A stretch of DNA of 64,000 nucleotides from NCBI GenBank assembly GCA_015680685.1, contig MNCI01001758.1:1-64000 (forward strand). Direction: 5' to 3'. The position numbers and the translations under genes were made by a program. Numbering within the stretch: the stretch's first letter is position 1; each line of letters begins with the position of its first letter. The notes beneath the pieces are model-generated. The model saw only the letters and a list, made by a program, of their open reading frames with translations, was not told the DNA's origin and did not search any database. Source of the DNA: Gnetum montanum (taxonomy: Eukaryota > Plantae > Gnetophyta). Of the stretch, positions 52,300 through 64,000 are shown piece by piece.

Positions 52300-55200
52300 G
52301 GCCTCAAGCCAAGATGCAATTCATGTCTATCACCCAAAAAACCCCATAGTCATATAACAAAGATAATCACCGTGACAAAAGAGTAAGAACCTAGACTTCA
52401 CAGTTGTTAATAATAAGTACTACAACTTCATTTATGTGAAGATGCAAGCTAGTCTCTTGATAACATGCTTCAAATCTAACATTAAGTGTCAATTCAAAAT
52501 TATACACCAACATCGGAAAGAATGCATCCTATATCCTTATGACCAAATCCCCCTTACTAACTTATATGGACAAATGCTCATATAACTCATAGAGGTTGAC
52601 AAGTTTAGTGAGGAAATTATCTTAAAGGATTTCTTAGAAGAGAACAATGAGTTTGAGGCCAAATCAGAACCAAACACCTTCATTGGGAGCCTTTTCCAAC
52701 AATTGGCTTCCCGAACAACTACTTCCAACTCCACATTACCTACCTCATCAGTGGGACAAGTCCCTTAGTCGAATTCCCCTCTTGTTCATCCTACTATGCT
52801 TGGGTTTATGCCCATCATCGCTACACATTAGGCACAATTCTTACCTTAGTCTACTTCCTTGTTCTCATCAATGCCCTTTTCCACACAACCTCACTTTGCT
52901 CACCTAGCCTTGATGATGTCTATCTCACTATCTCCCTTTATCATATTAGAAGTACCCTCATTGGGGCCACAAGCAATGCAAACCTCTCATAATTCCTTTG
53001 ATCCCTTCATACCACATATTCCAATCCAAAACTCATTCTCCTTGTTCAACCCACTTGCAACAATGGTCACTCAACCTCTTCCATCTATGTCAGTGTTAAT
53101 TGTACAACTTCATGACTCACAAATCCCTCCTCAACTATTAACACAAATACCACAACCGACAGGGATGCCCCAAGACTTGCATCAAGCCTTTCAAATGATC
53201 CAAGACCTTACTGAAGAGCTACAGAAACTCAAGGCCAACACAACTCAAATAGCCAAGGTTCTAGACTTTTTAAAGATGATCCTATAAGTCCTATGATTCC
53301 TCAAATAACCTTACCTATGGATATTCCCATAACAAACTTCACCAAATACAATTGTGAAGGGGATCCCAACACACATCTAGTTACCTTTTAGTCTAAGTGT
53401 CTCTTTTTGCAAGCTTGAGCTCATACAATATTATAGATTTTTCCCATGTCCCTCAAAGAAAAGGCCTTAGATTGGTACCAAACCTTTTCTAGAGGTTTAG
53501 TCTCTTTTCTTAGAAACCTAATCAACTAATTTTTCAACTACTTTAGATACAACATGAAGTCAAATTCCACATTCGATTAACTAATGAAGGTGAAGTAGCG
53601 ATCACTTGAACTAGTTAAAAGGCTCATTCAAAGGTGGAATTCAATGCTTAATGAGATTCTAGAGCCTACCTCTAAACCTCACCTCTTGGCCATCTACAAA
53701 GGAGTAGTAAATGACTTTATCAAGTTAAATATTTATTACTTAGAGCCCCAGTCACTAAGCCAAGCCTTCTCACAAACTAAGCACATTGAGGAGGTAGCTA
53801 AAGAATGCAATGATCTAGTTTATGTGGCCTATAAAAATGAACACACAAGGAGGGATGGCAATAAAACTAAACAAGAACATAAAACCATAGTTGTAGTATC
53901 TAAGGAGTCAAAACAAGGGGAAAGATAGGGATCACCTCCATGCAACACATCTTTTGACTCGTCACAACGATCCACTTCCTATGCTCCAAATCAATCAGTA
54001 TCAAAATTTGGATGGAAGTATAGGTCTAAGTACATAAGGTTACCTATGAAACCCTCTAAGCTTTTATAATAGTTTCTTAAAGACAACCATATACAACATA
54101 AATAATTTTTTGAGGATGTTCATAAGAGGCATGATCATCTTTGTGACATAACTAGAGATCCAATGNCTCATAAGAGGCATGATCATCTTTGTGACATAAC
54201 TAGAGATCCAATGATAGTGATCAAAGATGATTCGAAGCTACCAAAGTACTTTAGACTAGATAGGTTTTTCCATTATCATTAAAAGGCTAGTTCTGACAAT
54301 AATTTTTGCCTAAAATTAAAGGATGACCTCTAGAAGATGATTGACTATGGAGAGTTGGTATTGAATAAGTCCAAATCTTCAAACACTAATAACAATTCCT
54401 ACAGTGTAGCCTCATTCACAAAAGCTAAATGGTCTAATCCTTCTAGAAAATTTTTTTTCATCAAAGAGACATGACAACCCAAAAACACAAAGCCTAAAGA
54501 AACCTTCTTCAAAAAAGTACCACCTCCTTTAGCTCCTAAGAATTCTTTCATCATACATTTTCCCCCTTTAGTGGCATCAACTTAGCAATCCAAACCATGA
54601 CTTACCAATTCTCCAATGCCTAGGAAACCATTTGTTATTCAGGCCCCTCCATCTTCAACAAGTAAAATCATGACAAATCATAACCAAGGCCTACCAATAG
54701 TGGCCTACAACTCATAGGTAAGAAAGAAATCATCATTCAACAGTGACTAAACCAACCTATCTTCAAATCAACAATGAAGCCCACTGAAGGTAACTGACAA
54801 CAAAGGGCTTGAAAATAAGCTACACCTATGGACAAAGGGCCAAGGCACATACATCAAACTCAAAGCCAAAAACTCTAAAAAAATGGAGGAAATTAAAATT
54901 ACTAAGGTTGAAAGGTCACATGCTAAGGGAAAGAGCCTCCTTGGAACAATGGAATAAGCCAAACAATTCCTCAAACAAAAGAACACATCACTAAACTTGT
55001 ATGACTTGGTCATGATCTCTTCTGCCCATAGGGATGCACTAGCTCAAGTGTTGACTTCTATTCCTATGAGTAGAGACATACTTGCGAACAAAGAATCAAT
55101 CCACTCTATTGTTGAGCAAGCTTCACTTAGACAAAATGGACATCAATCCATGCTCAAATTTCTTGACAGTGAAGTGAAGATTGACTCTCAAAATGAGGAA

Positions 55201-55560
55201 ATGATATATTCTTCTCTTCTTATTACTATATGTGTTGGTAGGTACAAGGCTCATTATGTTCATGTAGATGATGGAGCAACAACTAACATGGTACCATTTT
55301 CTATTGTTAACAAGCTAGGATTAACCAAGAACATCCGAGAAATCACTACCTTAGCACTCAAGTCATTTAATGAGATATGAGTAGCAGTGCAAGGTTCCAT
55401 CTCCTTGGATTTCATGGCCAGTGAGCAATTCCCTACATCTATCAACTTCCTAGTGGTTGAAAAGATACCTAGCTTCAACTTGATCTTAGGAAGGCCATGG
55501 TTAGCTAAGCTTTATGTGGTCTCATCCCTATACATCAAGAGATTCACTTTCCCTATGAGG
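52300..55560 (+). pseudogene. Decayed gag plus aspartic protease of the Tat/Ogre-like element
   Basis: KYNCEGDPNTHL...FPMSLKEKALDWY (~53345-53480); SSAHRDAL; protease VHVDDGATTNMVP; FLVVEKIPSFNLILGRPWL. Confidence 0.85.
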
Positions 55561-55981
55561 GAAGTGAAATTTTCATTTGTGGAGACAATTTGTCACTACC
55601 TTCGGTTAACTATGTTAGCATCAACCGAGGTTTGGAGGTGGAGTTCCAAGAGGAAACTCCTAACACTCAAATTGGGGCCAATAACAATAAGAAAAGTAAT
55701 GATGCCAATAACACCAAATCTATAATACTAAATGTTCAATGAAAACACCTACTAATTACCATGACAAACAAGCAACATGATGAGAATGTGATCATACAAA
55801 GGAAACCATTTACTTTAATAAAGATTAAGTAACAAATGCATGGCAGATATATTATCCCTTCTTTTGCTAACAAAAGCTTGTTCATATATGTAACCTTATA
55901 CCATATTACATGGTTTTTTTTATCCTTATACACCCTTTTCATATTGTTCCATAATTTCTAAGTACGTATGGACCTCGGTCC

Positions 55982-56075
55982 ACTAAGGCCTAAAACTAGC
56001 AACATCATGACCTACTAAGGCCTAAAATTAACAACATCATGACTTGCTAAGGTCTTAAACTATTCACCTACAATG
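55982..56075. repeat. Tandem repeat, 32-bp unit x~3
   Basis: actaaggcctaaaactagcaacatcatgacct and variants at about 55982, 56014 and 56046. Confidence 0.8.
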
Positions 56076-56352
56076 GCCTAAAATCGACAATATGTTTATG
56101 ACCTATTTATAGCCATTATGTCATGCCTAGTTAATTTACATTTTACCTTACCAACTATAGCCTTATAATTATGTGTTCTAGCCAACATAGCATCATGACC
56201 AAAATGTAAAACATATAGTATGCATGAAATCAAAAGTGCTAGAACATATATAAAAATACTAAAACTTTAAATAAATAATAAGAATTAAAATTTCCATTAA
56301 CTAATAGCCATGATCACACTATGTGACACCAATCCAATCAACAATAACAAAA

Positions 56353-56633
56353 AAACATAAATCAAATTTCCAAAAACCATAGATACACTATGTAGCAATA
56401 ATAATAAAAAATAATACATGTCTCACAAATAATAACAACAAGAAGTAGCCATAAGAACAAAAATAAATAAAATAGCCAAATAAATAATCAATAAACATAA
56501 ATCAAATGTCCAAAAACCATAGCTACACTATGTAGCAATAATAATAAAAAATAATACATGTTTCACAAATAACAACAACTAGAAGTAGCCATAAGAACAA
56601 AAATAAATAAAATAGCCAAAGAAATAATCAATA
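56353..56633. repeat. Two-copy tandem duplication, 140-bp unit
   Basis: aaacataaatcaaat...aaataatcaata at 56353 and 56493, with a few substitutions. Confidence 0.92.
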
Positions 56634-58382
56634 GATGGTACTAAGGTGTAACTGTAGGTGGTAGAAAGTCAACACCAACATCGTTGTCATTGAGGCCACT
56701 ACTATCACCTAGAGCTTGCAATAACCAAAATACAACATGTAAATGACCTTAGGGGTTTTTGACATTCTCACAAAAAAATACAAGAAATAGACCAAAGCTA
56801 TCCATGTAGTCTATGGGGTTTGTAGTTCCAGCAGTTCGGATTGCAACTATACAGGGTAATTAATATCAACTAAAAAAATGATACTTTTTTACTGAATATT
56901 TTTTTGAGACTGGGTAATGAAATAACACATTAAGTAATAACAAATCCCATGCAAGTACTATCGTTACAAGGTTAGGAAAATTTTTCAAACTAGTCTAAAC
57001 TCAATTCTAAAATTTTAAAGAAAAAATCCAATCTAGATAGAAACAACTATAGAACTAGCACTAGAAAAACTATGAAATTTTTTTAAAAAATATTAAACCT
57101 AACATCAAAACCTCCCTAACACCTATAAGAATCCCCAAGAACCTTGGACATTGGCTAAAATTTACCCATTTTCATAGGGGAAAGGCCATGGAAACCAAAA
57201 ATTTCATTATGCACTGGTTCACAAAGAAATTCATAGAAAAATAACCCTGAACCATAATTTAGTGATTCCACTACCATTTGAACTAGTGAACAATAGATTA
57301 TAAATTCAAAACCAAAGAAACTAAAAAATATTAGCCATTTTTACATGAAAAATTATCAAAATGGCATGAAAAAACAACAAAAAACTAAAAACCCTTATGA
57401 AGTGGCTTATGAAAACATTTATAAAAAGTTCACTGTAAGTCAGAATCTAGTCGTTCAACCACCATTTTGACCATTGAGAAACATGCTACAACCCCATAAT
57501 GTCAAAAACCACAAAATATTAGCTATTTTCATACCAAAAAAATACAAATATGGTGTTTCCTTTTAGTGGGAAAATTACAAAAAAACACATAGAAAAGACC
57601 GGAACAAAATTTATAATTTAGCATAAACTAGTCCCAAAACAAAAGAAATTTTAAAAACTCATAAACATGGCCAAAATAAAGTGTGGGATTTCAATGAAAT
57701 TCAATTTCATGCCACACACAAATAGAGACAATCCAAAATGCCCAAGCCCTAGGCAAGAAAATTGCAAAACATATCCAAAAGAACTAGTTAAGAATGTGTA
57801 CCTGGTAGTAATGGAGGAAGGTCGTTCCCCTAACAGAGGATGTGGCAGGTGTGAGAGCCTAATGGCCATAACATCATCATCCTCCAAAGCAAGATTCTTG
57901 CTTGTGGCTACCCTCCTCTTCAAAATTATAACAAATAGTGTTGAAAACCTCTAAAAATATTTAAACTTAGGACAAGAATGCTACTCCTTAAGGAAGAATA
58001 GCAAGCAATGCTAAGAACTAGAAAAGTAGAAGCAAAGATTATTGCAAGATCTCTCCACCTATGCACTTCCTTGAGAAAATGATTTTGGTAAGGTGATTTT
58101 TGAAAAATTTACAAATGAAAACCATTCCAAACCTATGTGCCTTCTTCACAAACCACTTACCCAATTTAGTCATTAAACTCATAGTGAATTGATAATGCAA
58201 AAGAGGGAAAGTTATAGCTATTCTGGGATGGTGAAAATTGAACCAAGAACACCATTTAAATTTGGATGGTCTCCATTAGGCACCTCCTAAGTAACGGTGT
58301 TTACAACCCAAGTTCCATCTAAGCTAGAGTTTAACTTCCATGAAGCATTAGGATGCGTTTTTAAACTTAAAACACACCTCAT

Positions 58383-60672
58383 CAATGTTGGTCAGCATGG
58401 ATCTAACATGGGTCCAACCATCCCTATCATAACACATTAAAACCAAGAAACCCCATACCAAAATTGGAAGTTGGATGTCAATATTAGCAAGTATCAAGCC
58501 CTGAGAGAGGAAAAAACCCATAATGAAACATACTAGTTTGGGCAATAATGCTAGCTAAAACTCCATCCACACTGGCCAACATTTCTCTAGGTAGATAGTA
58601 CTTCCAAACATTAATCAAACCTCAATTCGACTTTGGAATAATTGCATAAATCCTAAAACCCTAGTAGAACCCTCTAGTAGCTCTAAAACTTAGTCAAACC
58701 CAATAAAAAGTGGTAAAAACCATGGATTTTAGTGGAGCCATGTTGGGGGGGGCACTCCAACCATGCTAGCCAACATGTTCCTAGCATGGTTAGATGGGGT
58801 GTAACCATAAAATACCAAAATAACCTCTAAATTAATACTTCATGGCCTCTAAACCTTTCCAAAGTCTTTCGCAACCAAAAAACCAACTAAAAATTAGTCA
58901 AATTACACCATAAAACATCTTTCTACACTAGGGAAGGCCTCACCTACACTGGCCAGCATGGGTACTTTGAGGGTAACCCCTAAAAATCCATAAATGAACC
59001 AAAAAGACCTCAAATCTCATCCCTTTGACCCTAGAATCCTACTAGAGCCTCTAAAGACTACCTAACCTTAGAAACTAAGTCAAAATGACAACAATATATC
59101 ATCCCCCTATCATCCATACTATAGCTATGCTAGCCAACATAGCCTAAGGGGGGATGACCACACAAACTATCAAAAGGCCTTTAAAATTGATAATTTTAAG
59201 GTTAAACCTTGGCCATTGGTTTGATCAACCCCAAGAACTCAATAACTTGGTCAATTCCACACCAAAACCTACCAAAAGAAAAATCCCAAGTTCACCCATG
59301 TTGAGGAAGGCTACAACCATGCTGGCCAGTGTGGCTCTAGCATGGGTGAGGTTTATTACCAATTTTGCCAATTCCACAACACATCAAATAGCCTAACATT
59401 TGACTAAGAAAGCCTAGAACCTCAAGACCTTGCAATCAACTATATTTTATCCTATTTTTAACCATAAAATATCATATTTTTCTCATCCACACTAAAGGGG
59501 GCCAAAGCTATGCTACCTAGTGTGGCTTTAGTATGGAAGAGGTTTCAAACCAATTTTGTGAACAACCTAGCACTCCAAATGGCCGAGAAATAGATTCTAA
59601 AATCCTAGAACCTTAAAAACTTGTAACCAACTATGATTTGGCCTCATTTTGATCATAGAAATGTCAAATTTTACTTATCCATGTTGGGGCCATCTCCAAT
59701 CACACTAGCGAGGATTGATTTTGGGGATAAGGCCCTAAGATCCACTCTTGGTTGCAAATTATAACTTCAAAATGACTAATTTCAATCCTAGGACCTTCCT
59801 GGAGCCTTTAAGAACTATTAAACCCTAGAAATAGAGTCAATAAATGCTAAACAAAACTCATCATACCTCCTCATGCATGATGGAACTATGCTAGCTAGTG
59901 TAGTCTAGGGGGTATGACCATGCCAAGACTTAAACCACCATCAACATTGACAATGATAAGTCTAAACATAAACCATGAATACTAGTGATACTAGGGGCCC
60001 AATAAATTTTCAAGTTTCCTTCAAAACTTACTAAGAATAAAACTTTTAATGTGACTATGCTCAAGAATACCAATTACATGTTGGCCAGTGTGGCTCTAGT
60101 GTAGTTGGATCTCTAAAAGGGTTTTACTAGCATAACCTTTACCAAATGTCCTTAGAGCTTGATTGTGGAAGGATACAACTTCAAAACCATAAAAAAACAT
60201 ATAATTTAATCCTATTTTATTCATAAAAATACCAAATATAGCCTATCCACACTAGGGCCACCCCTAGCTATGTTGGCTAGCATAGATTTGAGGAGTAAGA
60301 CCCCAAAACCCACTTTTGTTTGCATATTTTGACATCAAAATTACCCACTCCAATTCTCGGGACCCTACATTACCCTTGGAAGTTCATAGAACATAAATTT
60401 TAACATAGAAAAATCATAAAGTCAATTTTTTCCATGCATCCACACTCAGGCCATGCTAGCCAACGTAGTCATAGTGTGGATGGTAGTTCCAAGTTGCATT
60501 TATGGCTTCCAAAGGATTCACTCAATATTAAAATTGACAAATCTTCATCCTTGGTGCATTGCATTGAAGATACAAGCTAGCAAGACCAGAAAGCTAATCA
60601 TAGTCAATCATGAAAGCCACATTTCTACCCTATCCATGCTAGAGCTTACTTCACCCATGCTAGCTAGCATCG
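58383..60672. repeat. Array of 13 decayed 18-bp palindromes (consensus CCACGCTGGCCAGCGTGG) with a ~189-bp period
   Basis: Copies at 58383, 58567, 58761, 58944, 59125, 59317, 59508, 59700, 59886, 60076, 60268, 60451 and 60655. Confidence 0.85.
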
Positions 60673-60864
60673 GTCCATTGTGGGTCTAGCATTTGTGCCC
60701 AGAAAAGCCTTATTTTCAACCTTAAATAGCCTCAAAACAACCTCCTTAGATGTCCAAACTCACCTATCAACCTTGTAGCCTCTTACCATGGCTTGCTAAG
60801 GTCTAAACTCACAAAATCCAACCCTAATTAATCCATATTCAACATGTTTTACCCCATGTTACTC

Positions 60865-61300
60865 ACCTTGACTAATTTGGCCTTGATTCACTATGTTGTG
60901 ACTTGATGTGACCTTGTTTTACATTTTTGACCATCATTGTCATCATTTTTGCATCATTTGGCCATGTTTGACAAAATTCCTTCATTGTTTGGCATCACTT
61001 GGACCTTAATTGGCATGATTTAACATTATTTCATGTCATTTGACATCATTAAGAGCTTATTTGACCTTATTTGATACCATTTTATGAGGTTTTGATCATC
61101 CTTTGGCCTTCATTTGATCCTATCATACATCATTTGGCCTTTGTTTCACCTTGTTTACTTTAACCTACCCCTTATGACTTTTGTTGACCATGTTCAAACC
61201 TTGTTTGACCTTTGATGTAGTGAATTTTGGCTCATTTATGTATTATGACTAAAGTATTTTACATTACTTTGACATTATTTAATCATTTTATCACATAGGT
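60865..61300. repeat. Degenerate ~10-11-bp minisatellite (tttgaccttg / tttggccatg-like)
   Basis: Recurrent ttt(g)(a/g)c(c/a)t units over ~430 bp. Confidence 0.6.
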
Positions 61301-63560
61301 GCCACTTGATGTGCTTATGTTGTCATGTAGGATTAAGCCAAGAGAACAAGCAAGCAAGTTCAACCAACATTAAAGCCTAAATGGATCCCTATCATGATGT
61401 TTTTAGACCAAGTTGACCTTACATACCCAAACCTTAAGCCTCAAAAATGTTCTACAATACAACCTCAACATCCCAAAGTAGCCTAATTACCATTGACCTT
61501 AAAATCAGAGACATCATGAAGGGTTATTTGATCAAAGTTTCCATCTAAACCATGATGGTGAGGAGAAAGAACTTGAAACCAAGTTCCTCAATAGAACCTA
61601 AACTTGCTCAAGATAACATCAAACCCTTATTATGTAACATTGAAGCCATTACATAACCCTAATTACATATAACACTCACATGTTTTCTTGTAGTGTTATT
61701 TAACATTGTTGATAGGTTGCAACAAATGACTAATGTTGATGACTCTGATGATCTACAACAAGCAAGCCTACATGCTCTCTTCCTCTCTCTTCATCTCACT
61801 ATTTGGCATAAAGAATGAACTAAAAAGCTTTGTGAATACAATGCACAATGCATGAATCTCTCTCTATGTTATAATAATAATGACCCATGGTAACTTGGTT
61901 TGGTGGTTTTCTCATATGGCCCTATGTATTATCTTGTAACAACATGTTTTTCTTTGTCTTGTTTTCTTGTCCTCTTGGAGTTGTGCTTATAGGATAGAGC
62001 CTAAAATTCATCATGAAGGTGTAACTCATCATGGCAGCAAGTTATCATGTGACCTTAATGCATGAGATTGGTTTAGCTTATCTTGTCATACCAAGAGTGC
62101 TTGTTTCGCATCATTTCCATTGTCATGCCTTAAGCCCAACCTTGTAGCCTAATTGTAAGCCTCCTTAGGTTGAATAACAATGATGAATTATGTTTTGACA
62201 CTCATGCATTATGTCCCTATGACATCTCCATCTTCATGCTCTACCATCAAGTTTGTTGGATGTAATACATCTCATTCAATGAGAAAACCAAATCAAACTC
62301 AACCTTGGCAACAAAACCAAATCAAAGTTTTACCTTGAGAAAAAAGGAGGGAAAAGCATGTTGTCAAGAAGTTGAAAGGCTGATGAAGCTCAAAAGGACA
62401 AACCAATAGCTTCAAACATGCAAAGGGAAGAGCCTAATGGCCAAAGAAACTTGGAGCAAAGTGTTGGTTCCTCAAGAACATTACCAAGTGATCAACACTT
62501 TGAAAGCACGAAGTGTGAAGACTTCATTGATCATGCAATGTATCAATGTCATAACTTTAACCATGACATCAACATTTAAAAATCATTGTTAACCTCATGA
62601 CTATTTCTGCATGACCTAACATAACCTTTAGCCTATATCATCTCATTTATCTCAGCATCGCACGCACTCTTTGGCATGGTTTGACACTATTAGATCAAGC
62701 GTGGGAAGAAAATGTTGGTGATGGACCTATAGTGGTGTTTTGTGTTCTTTTTTGTTCTCTTTTAGGTCAATCCTCAAAACATCAACAAAGAGGGGCCAAT
62801 GAAACACCACCAAGAAAATGCATGTTGAAGCCTTCTTGCCCTTGTAATGTTCACCCCATGAAACTTGAGGTTGGAATTTCATTGTAAAATGTAAAGATTG
62901 TAATCCATGAGATGCAGTTTCACATACTTTAACTTTTGGGGTTGAAAAATGCTTCATTAGTTTTTATAGCCTCATTTTTCGAATGAAAATGGTCCTACCA
63001 TGTCTATCTTTGGGCTTGAAAAGGTAAAAAATGCCCTTTGGAATGCCAAAATTGTCATTTCCATGGTTTTTGTGGGAGGTATGACCTTTACTACATTGGA
63101 AGCACCTATGCCTACTATTAGGGGGTTTGCCTATCATTCTCCTAACTATGGCCAACGTAGTCACCATAATTCTAGCATTACCACATCAAGGCCAACATTG
63201 TAGTGATTGGGATTTCCATCTTCAACAAATCTCAATGTTGCCCCTACAACTCTAGCATTGCTATTAGAGGTGTTGGCACACTTTGGCCATTTCATGGAAT
63301 AGGTTGGCATGATAAAATTGATTAAAGGTTTTTGAAAAGAAAAATGTAGGAAGCCCTAGGTAAATCTAGGGCAAAGATTTCAGGCCGTTAGAACCCTAAA
63401 CCACAATTATCATTTGCTCCTAGAAATTTTCAAAGAAAAATAAGATCTCCTTGAATAATTCGAAGTATACAGAGAGTGGAGTCTTCACATAAAAGGGCAT
63501 TTGACTGACCAAATGATGTCAAGCTTGCACAGACCATATTTTCTAATAATGTATAATTTA

Positions 63561-64000
63561 AAGATTTTCTGGACGGAGCTCTTCGGTGTGAAGAGGTTTG
63601 GAGGTGCTGGCGAATATTAGAGTTGAGGAGGTCAAATGCACCATTTATGCAATTTATGTCGACCGCAGTGGGCCAATCAACCTACCAGTTGAAATGTCGA
63701 TGCTGAGTAATAATATTATCAGTTGCATGGTTTTCAGGAAGAGGTACTTGGATGAGAAGGCTGGTCATAGGATTGGGCCGTAGGAGTTCCAAGAGATGAT
63801 TGAGGAACTGTTTGTGCTCAATGGTGTGCTGAATCTTGGAGATTTTATTTCTGTGCTTAGGTTGTTTGATTTTTAGGGTTATGTCTGCTGCATGAAAAAG
63901 GTGAGCAAGAAGCTGAACATACGCATGGACGAGGTAATAGACGAACACTGAAAGCATATGTAGAGCATAGAAAAGTACACCTCTAAAGATGTTCTCCTAC
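63561..64000 (+). pseudogene. Cytochrome P450 pseudogene fragment, CYP71 clan, CYP92-like; 5'-truncated and running off the window
   Basis: KIFWTELFGVKR/LEVLANIRVEEVK...NIISCMVFRKRY...EFQEMIEELFVLNGVLNLGDFISVLRLFDF*GY..MKKVSKK...VIDEH...KDVLL; +1 frameshift at 63597 and in-frame stops (e.g. 63781-63783). Confidence 0.88.

Larger units (their letters stand above)
44568..63269 (+). mobile_element. Giant Tat/Ogre-like Ty3/gypsy element with gag and protease but no RT/INT; both LTRs incomplete; contains nested element C
   Basis: Direct repeat 44568-45034 versus 62800-63269; LTR end ...gattttctggtca at 45927; TATA ctatataaa at ~45242; gag-PR 52300-55560; PPT-like aaaagagggaaag at 58199-58211. Confidence 0.75.

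Noticed and set aside
54119-54214. Perfect ~47-bp tandem duplication in gag
   Set aside because: Identical copies joined by a single N; most likely an assembly artefact.
58383-60672. CRISPR-like appearance of the spaced palindromes
   Set aside because: Spacers are ~170 bp and related to one another, there are no cas genes, and the context is a plant retrotransposon. Reported as a repeat instead.

Overview
AT-rich, strongly CpG/CHG-depleted plant nuclear DNA, probably a seed plant given a CYP92-like P450 remnant; the species cannot be determined from sequence alone. The window is almost entirely nested, decayed LTR retrotransposons, and no intact host gene is present. (1) Four members of one Athila-like Ty3/gypsy family with a tRNA-Asp PBS and a shared LTR end: a partial copy at 1-1903 (-), a pol-bearing but internally deleted copy at 26108-33226 (+), and two complete gag-only copies with exact 5-bp TSDs at 37298-43635 (-) and 46897-52241 (-). 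(2) Two old copies of a Tekay/Del-like chromovirus family (~2000-13150 and ~19350-34765), each with a 5S-rRNA-derived segment upstream of gag. (3) A 2.5-kb non-autonomous CRM-like mini-element with TSD (6660-9144) carrying a membrane-protein-like ORF. (4) Two Copia-type remnants. (5) A giant Tat/Ogre-like gag-protease element (44568-63269) containing 13 regularly spaced (~189 bp) decayed copies of the 18-bp palindrome CCACGCTGGCCAGCGTGG. (6) A CYP92-like pseudogene at the right edge. The most notable observations are the spaced-palindrome array, the 5S control region inside a gag-pol element, a conserved two-hairpin RNA motif in the Athila-like 3' regions, and the mini-element cargo ORF. All alignments were done by eye; boundaries without a TSD are approximate.
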